A program made the translations under genes and the position numbers. The notes under the pieces are model-generated. The model had not been told where the DNA came from. It ran no database searches and saw nothing but the letters and a program-made list of their open reading frames with translations. A DNA stretch of 63,200 nt, the filler included, from Neolecta irregularis DAH-3 (lineage: Eukaryota), in assembly GCA_001929475.1 (NCBI GenBank). It is 13 parts of 13 records of this genome, joined end to end, with 100 filler letters (N's around TTAATTAATTAA, not from the genome) between each part and the next. Parts side by side here need not be neighbours in the genome. Positions count along the whole stretch, not along the records: positions 1 to 8,024 come from LXFE01001379.1; positions 8,125 to 11,102 come from LXFE01001383.1; positions 11,203 to 12,415 come from LXFE01001384.1; 10 more parts are not named here. One strand, written 5' to 3'. How positions within the stretch are numbered: position 1 is the stretch's first letter; each line of letters begins with the position of its first letter. Of this stretch, positions 1 to 12,515 are shown in pieces.

Positions 1-265
1 TTCTGCATCCACGCTCTCACATTCCCGCTGCCCCTGACACACCCGCCACCCGCGCCCGCGTCCTGTTGCCGCTGTTCCCTCGCTCCCCCTCCACGCTCGC
101 TTGCTCTGGATTGCCTCGCCCGGATTGACTCGCCCACTGGCCCTCGGGACTGCCTCGCTCACTCACCGCCCTGGACTGCCTCGCTCATTGACCCGCCCTG
201 CCCTGGCTCGCTCGTCCCGCCCCCGCTGACCCGCCCGCTGCCCGGCCCCACGCTCGTTTCCCGCA

Positions 266-3200
266 ATGCGCTTCCCTGCCGCCGTCCTCGCCGTCCTCGC
301 CGTCCTCCTCCTCGCCCCCGCCCAGGCTCGCCCGCCCTCCCACAGGCACCACCCCCGACACTCGTTCACCGACCCTGCGCCCCCCGTAGCCCCGCCCGTC
401 TTTTCCCCAAACCGCTCCGCTGTGTCTCTGCTTCCAGGCAGGCCCTCTCTCCTGTCGGTTGATCCGACAGGCGCAGCCGGAGCTCCCTCGACCCAGACTC
501 TCCCCCTCCACACAGTCCCAAACGACAGTACCCGCCCTTCCTCATCAGCCCGGTTCCCTCACCTCATAGGCTCTAGCTTCACCCCCGCTCGAACACCCCA
601 CTCGGATTCCTCCTCAAGCACCCCTCTAGTCTACTCTTCAAATCCTCGAGTTGTCCTCCCTTTGGAATCTTCCCGCGATCGTCCCGATTCACTAGACAGG
701 TATTCAAAAGGGGACCAGAACGAATCACCAAAGGATGTCTCAACGGGCACTGTAACTGGATCCCCAAAAGAGACTGAACCAGAAATTCAAATTGTGCATT
801 CACCAAACCCTACTTTCGGCAGGATTCCACATCAGACTCCAACCGGTGATTCAACAGGGACTTCTAATGGCATTCTACCAGAGATTCCAATTGCACCTCC
901 ACAAGAGACTCCAACCCCTAATTTTCCACTACAGACTCCAAATCGTATCTCAACAGGGACTTTGACTGGATCCCCAAAAGAGACTCTACCAGAGATTCCA
1001 ATTGTGCCTTCGCAAGAGACTCCAGACCCGACTTTGGACAGGATTCCAACCCCTACTTTGGACAGGATTCCAAACCCGACTTTGGACAGGATTCCGACTT
1101 TGGACAGGATTCCGACTTTGGACAGGATTCCAACCCCGACTTTGGACAGGATTCCACAACCGACTCCAACCGGGAATTCAAAATGGTCGCCAAGTGGAAC
1201 TTTTAAAGAGATTCTACCAGAGATTCCCGAGTCTTCACAACAGACTCCAACCCTTACTTCGGGCAGCATTCCACAACAGACTCCAACCGGGAATTCAAAA
1301 GGGTCTCCTGGATCTTTTAAAGGGACTCAACCTCCAAACCCTACTTTAGGCGGGATTCCACAACCCTCTCCTTTGCAAGAGTCTCCAAAGACTTTGACCG
1401 GTTCCAGAGGGACTCCAAACGGCAGCTCCAATGAGACTCCAACTACAAGTGGGATTTCAAGTACCACTCCAGACCACACTTTAGACGAGAATCCAAAAAT
1501 CACTTCAGACAAGACTCCAAAGACGTTAGACGAGACTCCAAAGACGTTAGACGAGACTCCAAAGACGTTAGACGAGACTCCGAAAGCTACAAAAGAAAAT
1601 TTCCCACAAGCGTCTCCCACTCCAACTGGTATAAATTCCCCTTCGCCTTCACTGGGTCCACACTCCCTTAGTCCCCAGGGTGGAATACACTCGGATCCCG
1701 CAATAACTCCTACAAGGCCTCCGACAAGAACATCAAGCTCTATTCCCGAGATTTCTGTCAGACCATTTAAACCAATTTCAAACAGCATCTCGGACAATCT
1801 TCCGTCTTCAGACACTCCTTTGCCTTCATTCACCGGTTCAAAAATCCCCCCAGCCATCCACCCGTCAGATACTCGCCCAGCTTTACCCATCCACTCGTCA
1901 AATACTCACCCAGCTTTACCCATCCACTCGTCAGATACTCACCCAGCTTTACCCATCCACTCGTCAGATACTCCCCCAGATTCAGCCACTCATACGCCGA
2001 GCACAACGCTCAAACCTTTGGGATCTTCTAGTTCATCTACAGATGGCCTTCTGTCTGACCACGCTGATGTTGAACCAACGACAACTACCTCTCAAACAGT
2101 TGCTAGTTCACCTCGTGCGTCCTTGAAGCCTACCGATTACCGTTTCCCACAATCCGGCGATACCCCGTCTTCAATCCCTACTTCGCATCCCGCCTTAAAT
2201 ACTCCGCTTCATTCGATCCAAGAATTTGGTGCAACCAGAAACACGGGGAAACCTACACCATCGTCGAATCTGCAGAGCAGTTTATCTGATTCAAATACAA
2301 TATCCATTTCGTCCACAAGCACCCGACCGGCCTTGAATCTCACAGGACCCACAGCCATCCTTAATCCTTCTCCCAGTATACAGCCGATTCCTACATCTTT
2401 AGCAGGTAAATACTTTCATTATCCTCCTGACATGCTAGGCCCTGCAGCAGAACCATCCAGCTTGATCAATACTAATCGGTTTTCTGACAGCCTATCTTCA
2501 ACCACTACACAAAGTTCTCCGCCCTCTTCTTTGCAGGTTTCTACTCCCGCCTATACCTCGCTTTCCAACACTTCAATCCCCGGTAACGCTACACAACCGT
2601 CTGCATCACCAAAGCCGAAGGCGTTAGGTCAAACTTCAATCAACCTACCAGCTCCAACGCCAGCTCCATCGTCTGTTCCAAACACTGTCTCAGTTCTTAC
2701 TTCAACTCCACAACCTGCTCCAGCTGCTGAGACTTCCAACAACTGGCTTCCCGCTTCGATCATCGTCGAGCTGCCGCCGGTTAGTGTAACTCAAGCCAAT
2801 GCACCCAGTGCTAAACCCTCTCCGGTTCCAGTGAATCTTCCAGGGCTCATTGCCCCGGCAAGCGGTGTTCCCGCGCAACAAGCCGGCACGACGCTTGTTC
2901 AAATTGGATTCCTGCAAAGTCTAAATTATCCCTTTGTCGTTCAAAATCCCTTGTCGAGTTCTCAAATAAACGCATTCGTGCCCATTGGAATTGAATTTGC
3001 ATTGGAACTTGCTTCTTCAAGCGTGGTCATGCATTCTATTCAAGCATACTCTGTTGCTACGGAACCAAATTCCAGAACAGTAGCGTTGTTTTACATTCCG
3101 AGCGAATACATTGCGACATTAACTACAGATCTGCATCAGGATAAACTGGACCCTAATTCACGGTTATTTACGCTGCAAACGGATCCAAGTGTCAAGACAC

Positions 3201-3589
3201 TTATGACTCTGATTGATCCGACTATTCCATTGATACCGGGTGGAGGAACCGTTATCCCGGTTGGAAATCTACCTGGAAGACCACAATCTGATTCACCTGC
3301 CTTGTCAAGAGACGGTGGTGGTCTCGGTCAACCCCCTTCCACGTCCGCTCCTCTCTCGACGACTACTACAGCTGGAATTTTAGGCGGTGCCCTATTTGCA
3401 GCTGGAGCATATGCTGCGCTGGTGATGTTTGGAGCTCGACGATACCGGCGAACACGCGAGGCAAGAAACACGATTATCAGCGGATCACATTCCGATCGTC
3501 CGAATTCAAACTTTTCGGCACGTTCCTACCACAACCGCGGCCAAATTTCCGGGCCGATGATGAGCGAGAATAGTTTAGGTTGGACGTGA
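266..3589 (+). CDS. msb2: Msb2/Hkr1-type signalling mucin
   Basis: 1107-aa ORF: signal peptide, long S/T/P-rich repeat region, HMH-like domain (LVQIGFLQSLNYPFVV...), one TM (GILGGALFAAGAYAALVMFG-ARRYRR), and the C-terminal ISGPMMSENSLGW motif typical of fungal Msb2. Confidence 0.9.
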   Translation: MRFPAAVLAVLAVLLLAPAQARPPSHRHHPRHSFTDPAPPVAPPVFSPNRSAVSLLPGRPSLLSVDPTGAAGAPSTQTLPLHTVPNDSTRPSSSARFPHLIGSSFTPARTPHSDSSSSTPLVYSSNPRVVLPLESSRDRPDSLDRYSKGDQNESPKDVSTGTVTGSPKETEPEIQIVHSPNPTFGRIPHQTPTGDSTGTSNGILPEIPIAPPQETPTPNFPLQTPNRISTGTLTGSPKETLPEIPIVPSQETPDPTLDRIPTPTLDRIPNPTLDRIPTLDRIPTLDRIPTPTLDRIPQPTPTGNSKWSPSGTFKEILPEIPESSQQTPTLTSGSIPQQTPTGNSKGSPGSFKGTQPPNPTLGGIPQPSPLQESPKTLTGSRGTPNGSSNETPTTSGISSTTPDHTLDENPKITSDKTPKTLDETPKTLDETPKTLDETPKATKENFPQASPTPTGINSPSPSLGPHSLSPQGGIHSDPAITPTRPPTRTSSSIPEISVRPFKPISNSISDNLPSSDTPLPSFTGSKIPPAIHPSDTRPALPIHSSNTHPALPIHSSDTHPALPIHSSDTPPDSATHTPSTTLKPLGSSSSSTDGLLSDHADVEPTTTTSQTVASSPRASLKPTDYRFPQSGDTPSSIPTSHPALNTPLHSIQEFGATRNTGKPTPSSNLQSSLSDSNTISISSTSTRPALNLTGPTAILNPSPSIQPIPTSLAGKYFHYPPDMLGPAAEPSSLINTNRFSDSLSSTTTQSSPPSSLQVSTPAYTSLSNTSIPGNATQPSASPKPKALGQTSINLPAPTPAPSSVPNTVSVLTSTPQPAPAAETSNNWLPASIIVELPPVSVTQANAPSAKPSPVPVNLPGLIAPASGVPAQQAGTTLVQIGFLQSLNYPFVVQNPLSSSQINAFVPIGIEFALELASSSVVMHSIQAYSVATEPNSRTVALFYIPSEYIATLTTDLHQDKLDPNSRLFTLQTDPSVKTLMTLIDPTIPLIPGGGTVIPVGNLPGRPQSDSPALSRDGGGLGQPPSTSAPLSTTTTAGILGGALFAAGAYAALVMFGARRYRRTREARNTIISGSHSDRPNSNFSARSYHNRGQISGPMMSENSLGWT
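1028..1973 (+). repeat. Coding tandem repeats within msb2 (18/24-bp TLDRIP, 21-bp TPKTLDE, 33-bp PALPIHSSDTH units)
   Basis: ccgactttggacaggatt about 6x (1028-1156); gactccaaagacgttagacga 3x (1513-1580); ccagctttacccatccactcgtca(g/a)atact about 3x (1855-1973). Confidence 0.9.
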
Positions 3590-3898
3590 CAGAACATTTC
3601 ACAGTGGACTTTGCATTTATGAATTTCGTTTTCTTTATTTGTTGTGTTTCTCAATTTCTTATTCTTTATGTTATATTCCTTTTGGGGATTGTTTCTCAAA
3701 AGCTTTCTTTGTTTGCTCGAGGATATATCTATGGTTCTGTTGTACCCAGTTTCTCGACGAGCGGGGAAAGACAATTTCGCATTTTTGCCTTTGTAATGCC
3801 AATTCTTTTATCTAGTTAGTCGAGGAAATATACAAAACTATTATCCGACTCTACATTTTACAAATCGAAAATTAATGTGGTGGGGGTGGCTGGTATGA

Positions 3899-4886
3899 TT
3901 AAGAGGAAACTTTGAGTTTGTCTGGGTGGCGTTTTTGGGCGATTTCCCATTGTGAGTCATACCACAGGAAGTGGTACCACCAGTACGTAAAGGGGATAGT
4001 TGAGGCGTGCCAAAGGGAATGGGCATCAATAGCGTATCTCCATGGCGGGAAATCAAAGATTTCGAGCATGGTACTACAGGTCAAGCCCAAGACGATCATG
4101 GCAGGCCATAAAGCCCAGGACGGGGAGGTTCTTGCGTGCACGAGGGAGTAGAGCAGCCAGACAGTGTTTTGGAGGATGGCGACGGCGATGTTTGCCGTCA
4201 TGTTGTATTTGTAGTCAAAGATGACGAAGGAGAGGTAGCCTATGTGGAGCAGGTAGGCGAGGACACAAGACAGCGCCCAGATGCGGACGGAGCGCGGGCT
4301 GCGGTAGAGGCGGAACAGGCGCAGCGGGGCATAAAAGAGCGAGTAGAGCATGTAGGCGCCGGCGCTGAAGTAGTCCATGCGTTCGGTGAAGGGAAAGTCT
4401 CGCGAGTGGAAGACACAGCTCCAGACCCAGGCGTTGATGCCGAACAGGGCGAGGAGGAGGTAGAAGGGCCGGAGCGGGTAGCCGTGCGGGAGCGCGGAGA
4501 GCAGGCGCAGGCCGTGGTAGTGCACGAGGCCGTTTCCCAGCGAGAACAGGACGGAGAAGGGCTCCTGGATGCCCATGATGCGGTGGAAGGGCCATTTGCC
4601 GTGGAACTGCTCGAGCGGGGCGCCCCGGGCGACGAGCTGGCGGGAGACGGCGTGCTGGCACGAATAGTCGCACTCTGCGGGACACGACCAGAGCAGCAGG
4701 CGCAGATGCAGCGCCGGCGCCGCAGCATCGCCGCAGTGCTCGGCGATGCAGGCGCCGACGCAGTCTCTGCGCGGATCAGCACTGCGGGCAGCGGCGGCGA
4801 TGCCTGAACGCGGCGAGATTGTTGCCTGCCGAGCAGCGCACCAGCGGCACCAGCAGCGACAGGACTGCCAGCAGAGGGGCGCGCAT
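3899..4886 (-). CDS. per1: Per1/PGAP3 GPI-remodelling protein (2 exons; GC-AG intron 4767-4803)
   Basis: Spliced start MRAPLLAVLSLL...SAGNNLAAFR|DCVGAC, then W.C..EC.Y.C, QFHGKWPF.R..GIQEPFSVLFS, VFHSRD..FTERMDYFSA, FDFPPW..IDAHSLWH. Confidence 0.93.
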
Positions 4887-5245
4887 GGAGCGGGTGGATA
4901 GGGAGCGGTGGTGGTGAGGGTGGTGGTTAGGGAGCGGTGGAGCCTGGCCGCCTCAACCACCGATCCTCTCAGCCTGCCCTTACTTCTCAGCCACCCTCTC
5001 CGCCCGCAATTTCCGCCCCAGTGCCGTGTCTCAGTGCGCAACTGCCATTGTCCGGCGTTTCTTGCAACGCTGAAACATTATCAAACGACCTGCAAAAAAC
5101 CCGTTGGCGCCATACTGCGGGTCCCCTGCATCGGCTTTTCAGCTCGGCACTCCTGCTTCCCCCCCACGCCTGCCTGCTCCACCTCCCCCCACTGTCTTCG
5201 CACCCGTTTCTTCCACCGCCGATCCGCCTCCCGCTCAATGTCAGC

Positions 5246-7499
5246 ATGATGTCCTTGTTCTCCTCAAAACCCCGCAGCGCCGCCTCCTCCAGGCCGTCAA
5301 CCCCAGGCGACAGCGACAAGTCCCCGCCTGCGACTTTGGCAGACAGGTTTCTCGCAGACGACGCTACGCACAGCCTGGGATCCCGCATCGTCACGCCAAA
5401 ACCCAGCCTGCTCGATAACAGGTATCCAAAGCTCGGTCACGAGTATCTAGCTACTCCCGTATGTCTTGATAGAAACTGTCGCTGATAGCACCCCCAGACT
5501 ACGTCCCCTCCCGGCACCCCGTCATGCTCAGACCCGGTTTCTGACTTGGGCACCACTGTTCCTCAAGGAAAACTCGTCATCAACATCATCCAAGCCAGAA
5601 ATCTACCTTCCCATCGCAAGGAGGTACTCTCCTTCTTTTTCCCCCCGCCTGATTGATCCAGGCGCAGCCATATGTCGTATGCACATTCGAATCAAACGAG
5701 TTCATCTCACGCGGCCCCATCCGCCCCTCAAAATCCTCCAACGGCATCGCCATCCCGAGCTCCCGCCAGTCCAGCAACGCTTCATTATCAGACATGAACA
5801 AATTTCATGCAAACACGGCTAGCCCGCAGTGCCCTCAGAATCCTATCTGGAATCACGAAGCCCAATTGTACATGCTACCTCACCTCATTCATAATCCTGA
5901 CTAGAATAGCGACGTCCTGGGTCTGGATTCGGAGGTCGACGTTAGCGTATACGACCGGGGAAATTCAGAGACATTTCTCGGACATGTTAGAATTAAACCG
6001 GTTTTACGCCACCACCAGATTGATGAGCACTGGTACAAGTATGAACCATGTCCCACTTCTGCCCTGTCTCACAAAACAGACTCGAGCCGTTAAACATCAA
6101 AGATCCTAGCATCACGGGAGAGATCAAATTACAAATGGTGTATGAACGCGTAGAGGTATCCCTAATCTATTTTATTTTGAGCTGACTTTATCAGAAGACT
6201 TCCTTTGGTCCTGATGACTTTGAACTTCTTCGGCTTATCGGCCGCGGTACATTCGGCCAAGTGTATCAAGTTCGCAAGAAAGATACGGGCCGCATATACG
6301 CTATGAAAGTATTATCAAAGAAAGTCGTCGTCCAAAAAAAGGAAATTGCACACACTATCGGAGAACGGAATATACTTGTCCGAACAGCCACTTCACAATC
6401 GCCTTTTATTATTGGTCTCAAATTTTCATTTCAGACTCCAACGGATCTTTATCTGGTTACGGATTATATGAGCGGCGGAGAACTCTTCTGGCATCTTCAA
6501 CGAGAGGGTAAATTCAGTGAAGAGCGGGCAAAGTTTTACATCGCCGAGTTGATCCTGGCGCTGGAACACCTGCACAAACATAACATTGTCTATCGGTATC
6601 CCCTTGTTATGTCCGTCCGCGCTGACTCAAGTGATCTAAAGCCGGAAAACATCCTTCTCGATGCGAACGGTCACGTTGCCCTGTGCGATTTTGGTCTTTC
6701 GAAAGGGAATTTAGCCGCAAATTCAACAACTACAACATTCTGTGGAACAACGGAGTATCTAGCTCCCGAAGTCCTCATGGATGAGTCAGGATACACTAAA
6801 TTGGTTGATTTCTGGAGTCTCGGCGTATTGGTATTTGAAATGTGCTGCGGTTGGTCTCCGTTCTACCACGAAGAAACCCAGCAAATGTATAAAAATATTG
6901 CATTTGGTAAAGTCCGCTTCCCCAAAGACGTTCTCTCGGTGCAAGGTCGTAATTTCGTCAAGGGTGTAAGTATAGCTAAAAGCCGCTTTTACTAATGGCC
7001 TAATAGCTTCTGAATCGAAACCCCGCGCATCGACTAGGCTCGCAATCCGATGCACGCGAATTAATGAAGCACCCTTTCTTTGACGACATCGATTGGCGGG
7101 CACTTCGAGAGAAACGCCTACCTCCCCCGTTCAAACCTGTCCTTGAATCTGAAACCGATACGTCAAATTTTGATCCAGAGTTCACTAGTGCCCCACCCCA
7201 CAAATTTGCTTTGCAGCAGAGCATCATTGCGGGATGTACTCCTTTGTCTCCCGGCATCCAAGCCAATTTCCAAGGTTTCACATTGTATATTCCACAACCC
7301 CCGCGCGGCGTTACTAACCACTAATAGTGTCGGCGAAAGTTCTCTTGACAAACACTTCCAGAAACGACGTTATTCCATTGATGAAGAGAGCGTTCAAAAT
7401 AGCCTCGACGAACTCTCGGGTTCCGAATCTGATCAGGAATCTCCTGATGTTATGTCTGGCGTCGAAGATGCTGTATTCCGTGGAGATTTCGAGCTCTAA
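5246..7499 (+). CDS. sch9: Sch9/Sck-type AGC serine/threonine kinase with C2 domain (multi-exon)
   Basis: C2 segment [25 protein letters not shown]; kinase [52 protein letters not shown] tail [10 protein letters not shown] and FQGFTF. Confidence 0.93.
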
Positions 7500-8024
7500 T
7501 TCCCCTATGCTTTCCTCCCACCCATCGTTTTTTCTCCATCTAGGCATTCTGGTGTTTCTCGGTCATGTTTCGTGTGATTGGATCTCTTTATCTCCCACCC
7601 CGCACTCTCGTTTTCTTCTCCGGTCGATGATTTCTTTTCTTTCTTTTCCTTTTATTGATTGAATAGTACGCCTGTCTTTGCTTCTCGTTGTACCATTTTC
7701 GTACACTTTTTATATCTTTTTTTTCATGCGTAGCATTTGTTCTTCTTTGTATCGATATAGGTCAATCGTAATTAATGGGTTCCATGAGCCTAGATCCTTC
7801 CTTTATTTAACCGGCCAAGAGACATCGACGATTTAAGGAGAGAACTTTGAAAATAATGTTTTGGTTACCACAGATACTGAGATAGTTCAAAAACGCCAAT
7901 CGGAATTGGCGTAATTTAAGTGAAACTTAATTCTAGGTTACCCATGTTGATATTTTTAAGAAGGTAGTGAAAACAATTAAGGATTTTCTATTGCATGTAA
8001 GTCACTCTGATAAGTGTACAAGCC

Positions 8025-8124
8025 NNNNNNNNNNNNNNNNNNNNNNNNNNNNNNNNNNNNNNNNNNNNTTAATTAATTAANNNNNNNNNNNNNNNNNNNN
8101 NNNNNNNNNNNNNNNNNNNNNNNN
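8025..8124. other. Artificial contig linker N44-TTAATTAATTAA-N44 (also at 11103, 12416, 21450, 25954, 28071, 31212, 32822, 36319, 47986, 57444, 60323)
   Basis: Identical 100-nt structure occurs 12 times; the core gives stops in all six frames. Confidence 0.98.
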
Positions 8125-9353
8125 CAAGCTTTGCCATATTATTTATACTAACAAACCCATGAAAGATACGGTATATTTACCAATCTCAATTATGGTATAG
8201 ATATGTGGCAAGGAAACGTGAAGTAACCCTGTGGAGAATGTTTGCGTAAAAGGTTTTTTGCATTACCTTCTGATCCGAATTTTAGCGATTTTAAAGAGTT
8301 GCGACATGGTTGATTTAAACAATGGGTGAGAGACGCCGATCTCCGGGCATAATAAAGCTACAAGAGACATTGGTAACTAGCAGCCATACAGGTATGTGAA
8401 TAGATCCTTGCGGTGACGAACTGCCACACAGAGATCTGGCGGTTAGCCCTCTGCTACAGTTTCGGTCCTGGACTTCTCCCTCTTTATATTTTATCTTGTA
8501 TAATTATTTCTTATTCCAGATGCCTTGTATATCCATGATATTTTCATAAGAAACCGAAGGAAACCGAATTTAATCCCATGAGCCAACTGGCCATATTCAA
8601 CTCGAGAGTGCTTGAAGCATCCGAAACAAGCTGATGTTCAACTCTTGGGGGTGTCTATGATCGAGGGTGCGCGGTATCTGGAATTTGTAAGATTGCCGGT
8701 TGCCTGTTACTGGCGCAGAGTTAACGAATAGCAGGTACTACTGGAGATGAAAAGTAATAGACGATCGAGATAGAGGCAATGGGGAATTAAGACAAGGAGA
8801 TAGACAGATACTAAAGAGAGTAAGGATGATTTGAGGAAGGCGACAATGAAATAACAGAAAGTAATTTGGCGATTTTTCGCCAGTGTGTCGAAAGAGTACT
8901 CCATAAAAGGAACGGAGGGATAAAGTGTTAGCGTAGTAATTATATTGTTTCAAAACTGGTGTCAAGTGTAAGCATATGTGCTTACTACATTTCTAGCTCT
9001 GTTACTCTATTATACTATTCTAATACTGTGCTCTTGCCCTTAATTAAAGGCCTTTCCACAGGGAGAAATAATAGCAATTTAAGAAATGGCCAGATAGAAA
9101 TCAATTTATATTAGCACTTAGTTATTTAGTGAATGCGGGATTGCAACTATGTAAATTGTTAATTCTTGCTGTCGCCGGCGGGCGGTTGGACATGCTGTTC
9201 TTCGCCACTAGCACCCAGTGAGAAAGAAACGACAGTTGACAAACTATTTAGAGTTGCACACTTGGCACTTGTCATCTCCATATTGAAAATAGATTTTGTT
9301 CTCTATAATGACATCTACAACTCAAAATGATGACAAAATCCAGACACCAATCT

Positions 9354-9824
9354 TCAGACATGCGAGACTCTTACTTTAACAGAGAAACAATTTTCCTCCA
9401 AGTCACCTTTACCCTTGGCGCGAAAGACGGTGCCAGTACATGTCACAAATGCATTACTTTGGTCGAAATAGAGATAATAGTCTCCCAAAGGGTTCTCCTT
9501 TTTGATTTCAAATCCAGGGAAAGTCTTCGGCCAGGGCTTTCGCTGAAACACAAGCTCCCAGGCATCATGTGATGGAATCTCGCTCCAAGAAGCAATCCAT
9601 TTATCCTGACAAGCTGTCGCAACAAGGGACCCACCAACAATGGTAAACGTAGCAGGACACGAAGGACCTTCCGATAGCCTATCAAATTCGGGTTCACCAG
9701 CAAAGTTGGCGCTCTCAAGGCCAAGTCGGCTTCCTCTGCCATTGTTATCAGGATATAGCGTATCGAGATAGAAATTGAGGGCGCATACGATCAGAGGGAA
9801 GACAGCGAGAACAAAAAACTTCAT
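9354..9824 (-). CDS. Small secreted Cys-containing protein (effector or cell-wall protein candidate)
   Basis: Intronless 156-aa ORF with signal peptide MKFFVLAVFPLIVCA and 4 Cys in the mature part; no family recognised with certainty. Confidence 0.75.
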   Translation of the reverse strand: MKFFVLAVFPLIVCALNFYLDTLYPDNNGRGSRLGLESANFAGEPEFDRLSEGPSCPATFTIVGGSLVATACQDKWIASWSEIPSHDAWELVFQRKPWPKTFPGFEIKKENPLGDYYLYFDQSNAFVTCTGTVFRAKGKGDLEENCFSVKVRVSHV

Positions 9825-11202
9825 CGGTGATTAGGAAAGTGGCAAGCAGTGTTAGCACACAGGCTCCAATCAGTGTTCACGGCGAGTTTTGACTGCTTTG
9901 ACAAGTGGTAGGTTCTTGGTGGAAATGGGGGTTTGAAGCTTGGTTGATTCGTTATTCAGACAGTATCCTCAACTATTAAAAAGAAACCTTCGCAGCCCTT
10001 TTATCCTATCCGCAGAACAAACGCTAGGCCAAGTGGCTCTGAAAAACAAAACTGATAAAGTAAGTAAATAAAAATAAAAGATAAGAAACTACTCTAAACT
10101 AGACCCAGTGAGACAACCGGCCGCATTCCCCTATACGAGGCCTATGGGGAGCCAGACCGATCTAATGACCTAGTTCTTCAAAGCTAAACGTAGAAACAGG
10201 TCGTTGGTTTTGGTTGACCGCGTGCTGAGACGTCTAAAGATACTGCGCAGGATAGTTGAGATAAATGATGTGACTATGGGATAGTGATAGGAGTTCTGAA
10301 GGAGCGGAAGGGGATTACTGTTGGGGTAGATAGTGGTAGTGGTAGAGGATAGAGGGTTGGAGATAAGATTTGTTGCTGTGACCGGACAATGAAAAAATGC
10401 GTGTTTCCATGTTACTCGCGACAAGTGTCATCTTGTAAGACGACTGCAGAATGGCCTCGTTTCACTAGTATTTTCGGCTCCCTTTTTTAGTCTATTAGAA
10501 GAGGATAACTCTAGTCACAAATGTCCAGAAATGTCGTTTTACCGCTTACAAATGTTGCTCAAACCATTACTTCGTTTCTTTTTCTATATCCATTCTGGGG
10601 CTAGCTGCACAGTAGACAAGGGGAAGAAACGAAATGCAGACAGCTATACTACAGAATTTCCCGATGAAGTGATTGTTTCAACGTTGATATATCCCTGGGG
10701 CCAACTGCAGATTCGCGGTTAAACGAAAGTTGTTGAGCTAGAAACCTTCTTGGCTGCGTTCGCCAGCCACACAAGAAAAATATCTCCATTTTCTAAAACA
10801 GGGAATATCGTACTTGTCGGTAGAAATTAACATTTTGAGAACTTTATTCTTTGTAAACGCCACAAACCGCGTTTGCCGCCACACTGAAATAAAATATTAC
10901 CTTTTTGGTCAACGCCACAAAGGCCTGACAAGGTTGCTTCTCGGTGGTACTATTGTAGTAGTGGTGGATAATAAACCTGAACTGTTCATGTAGGAGATGA
11001 GCAAATCTCTTCGGGATTCATATTAAAAGTAATTGCAGGAGCCTACTGACTGCACGCCCTCCACCCATTCAACCACCTATGCTTCCTCAACCTCACCTCC
11101 CTNNNNNNNNNNNNNNNNNNNNNNNNNNNNNNNNNNNNNNNNNNNNTTAATTAATTAANNNNNNNNNNNNNNNNNNNNNNNNNNNNNNNNNNNNNNNNNN
11201 NN

Positions 11203-11920
11203 CGCCAAGCGTGTCGAACAGATACAAGCTCAAGATATTGCGAAGCGACAAGAGGAGATTCAGCAGGCAGTGGAAGCTAGTCTTGCAGCCAAGACTATTG
11301 AGTTTGAGAACGAGATTGCGGAGCGGAATAAAGCTGCTGTTGAGAATGCGCAAAAAGAATGGGATTTGAGATCTAAAGTTACGAATAGTCGAAAAGAACG
11401 GGAGATTCAGCAGTTGAAGCAGCAGCTTGAGGCTGTGCAGTCTGCAAAAGCCGAGGAGGAGACGCCCGCGGCAGCAAAGGCTGAAGAAGGCACATTGAGC
11501 AAGGATGTGCATGAAAGTCCGCCGACGGCTGGTGAAATGTTGGAACATCTTCAACGCGGGATCGGAGTCCGCGGAATGGCGAATCGCGGGGCAAGTCGGA
11601 TTGGAAAGCTCAACCGGAATGGACGTCCGGCGAGTGCACTGGCTCGAACTACAGGGATGCAGCAGACCCTTTCGCAAGAAGGAAGCGACAAGGCATCGCC
11701 CGAGTCACAGGTGGTGTCTCCCGACGGAGAAGCCAGCAAGCCCACGCCGCGGCTGAGTGTCGGTGCGCAGTCGTTCCTTCCTCTCAAGCGCCAGCGGGAA
11801 GAGAGTAGGGCTGTCTCTGAAGACGGCGCTGACAAGAAAGCTGCTGTGGGGTTGAGCACGCCGCCTGTCGCGCTTCGGCGGAAGCAAGCTGAACCCAAAG
11901 ACGGCAGAGAAGGCGAATGA
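11203..11920 (+). CDS. 3' end of a Tpr/Mlp1-like nuclear basket coiled-coil protein (5' truncated by linker)
   Basis: Coiled coil followed by an RG-rich segment and LSVGAQSFLPLKRQREE plus basic NLS-like tail, resembling fungal Mlp1/Tpr C-termini. Confidence 0.6.
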
Positions 11921-12071
11921 GCAGCAGCAGGGTTGGGGGAGCATGTATGCTATGTAGGAAGATGATTTATATATCTAGATGCCATATATTGAATGCTAGC
12001 AAGGCGGGGATGGTTGGGTTACAGAGAGGTGTGACCAGCGGGAGGGGCAACCACGACTGAGCCGCCCATGT

Positions 12072-12355
12072 TCATTTCCCTGGATGATAGCGAGGAGCGA
12101 CGGAGGCCCAGATAACATCGGACTGCTGGCCGCGCGGGTGGCCGGTGAGCAGCTTATCGCGCAGCATCATTTGCTCGTCCCACGCGTCTGTGTTCCATCT
12201 GGGAGGCTGAGGGGGAAAGTCAGGGCGGGCGCGGGGGGCGGGCTCACCTTTCCGTCGTTCTCCCAGGTGCGGACCAGGGCTACGAGGCCGCCCGAGAGGC
12301 CAAACATGCCGATGATAATACCGACCGGGAGCAGCGCTTCAAAGGGGACGGGCAT
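12072..12355 (-). CDS. NDUFA1: NADH:ubiquinone oxidoreductase MWFE (NDUFA1) subunit; 3' end uncertain
   Basis: MPVPFEALLPVGIIIGMFG...NDGK|intron GTGAGC..CAG|PPRWNTDAWDEQMMLRDKLLTG.RGQ. Confidence 0.88.
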
Positions 12356-12395
12356 GGCTGCGGGAGGCGGGGGAGGGAGCGAGGAGAGGCCTGTC

Positions 12396-12401
12396 ACGTG
12401 A
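12396..12401. promoter_or_regulatory. E-box (CACGTG within palindrome GTCACGTGAC) upstream of the MWFE gene
   Basis: Perfect palindrome about 40 nt upstream of the ATG; function inferred. Confidence 0.35.
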
Positions 12402-12515
12402 CGGCGGGCCGGGGGNNNNNNNNNNNNNNNNNNNNNNNNNNNNNNNNNNNNNNNNNNNNTTAATTAATTAANNNNNNNNNNNNNNNNNNNNNNNNNNNNN
12501 NNNNNNNNNNNNNNN

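Noticed and set aside
4136-4807. Overlapping antisense ORFs over per1 (similarly over mtr10 and snf1)
   Set aside because: Expected shadow ORFs in GC-rich coding DNA
8025-8124. Repeated TTAATTAATTAA motif as a biological repeat
   Set aside because: Always centred in identical 100-nt N runs; assembly linker
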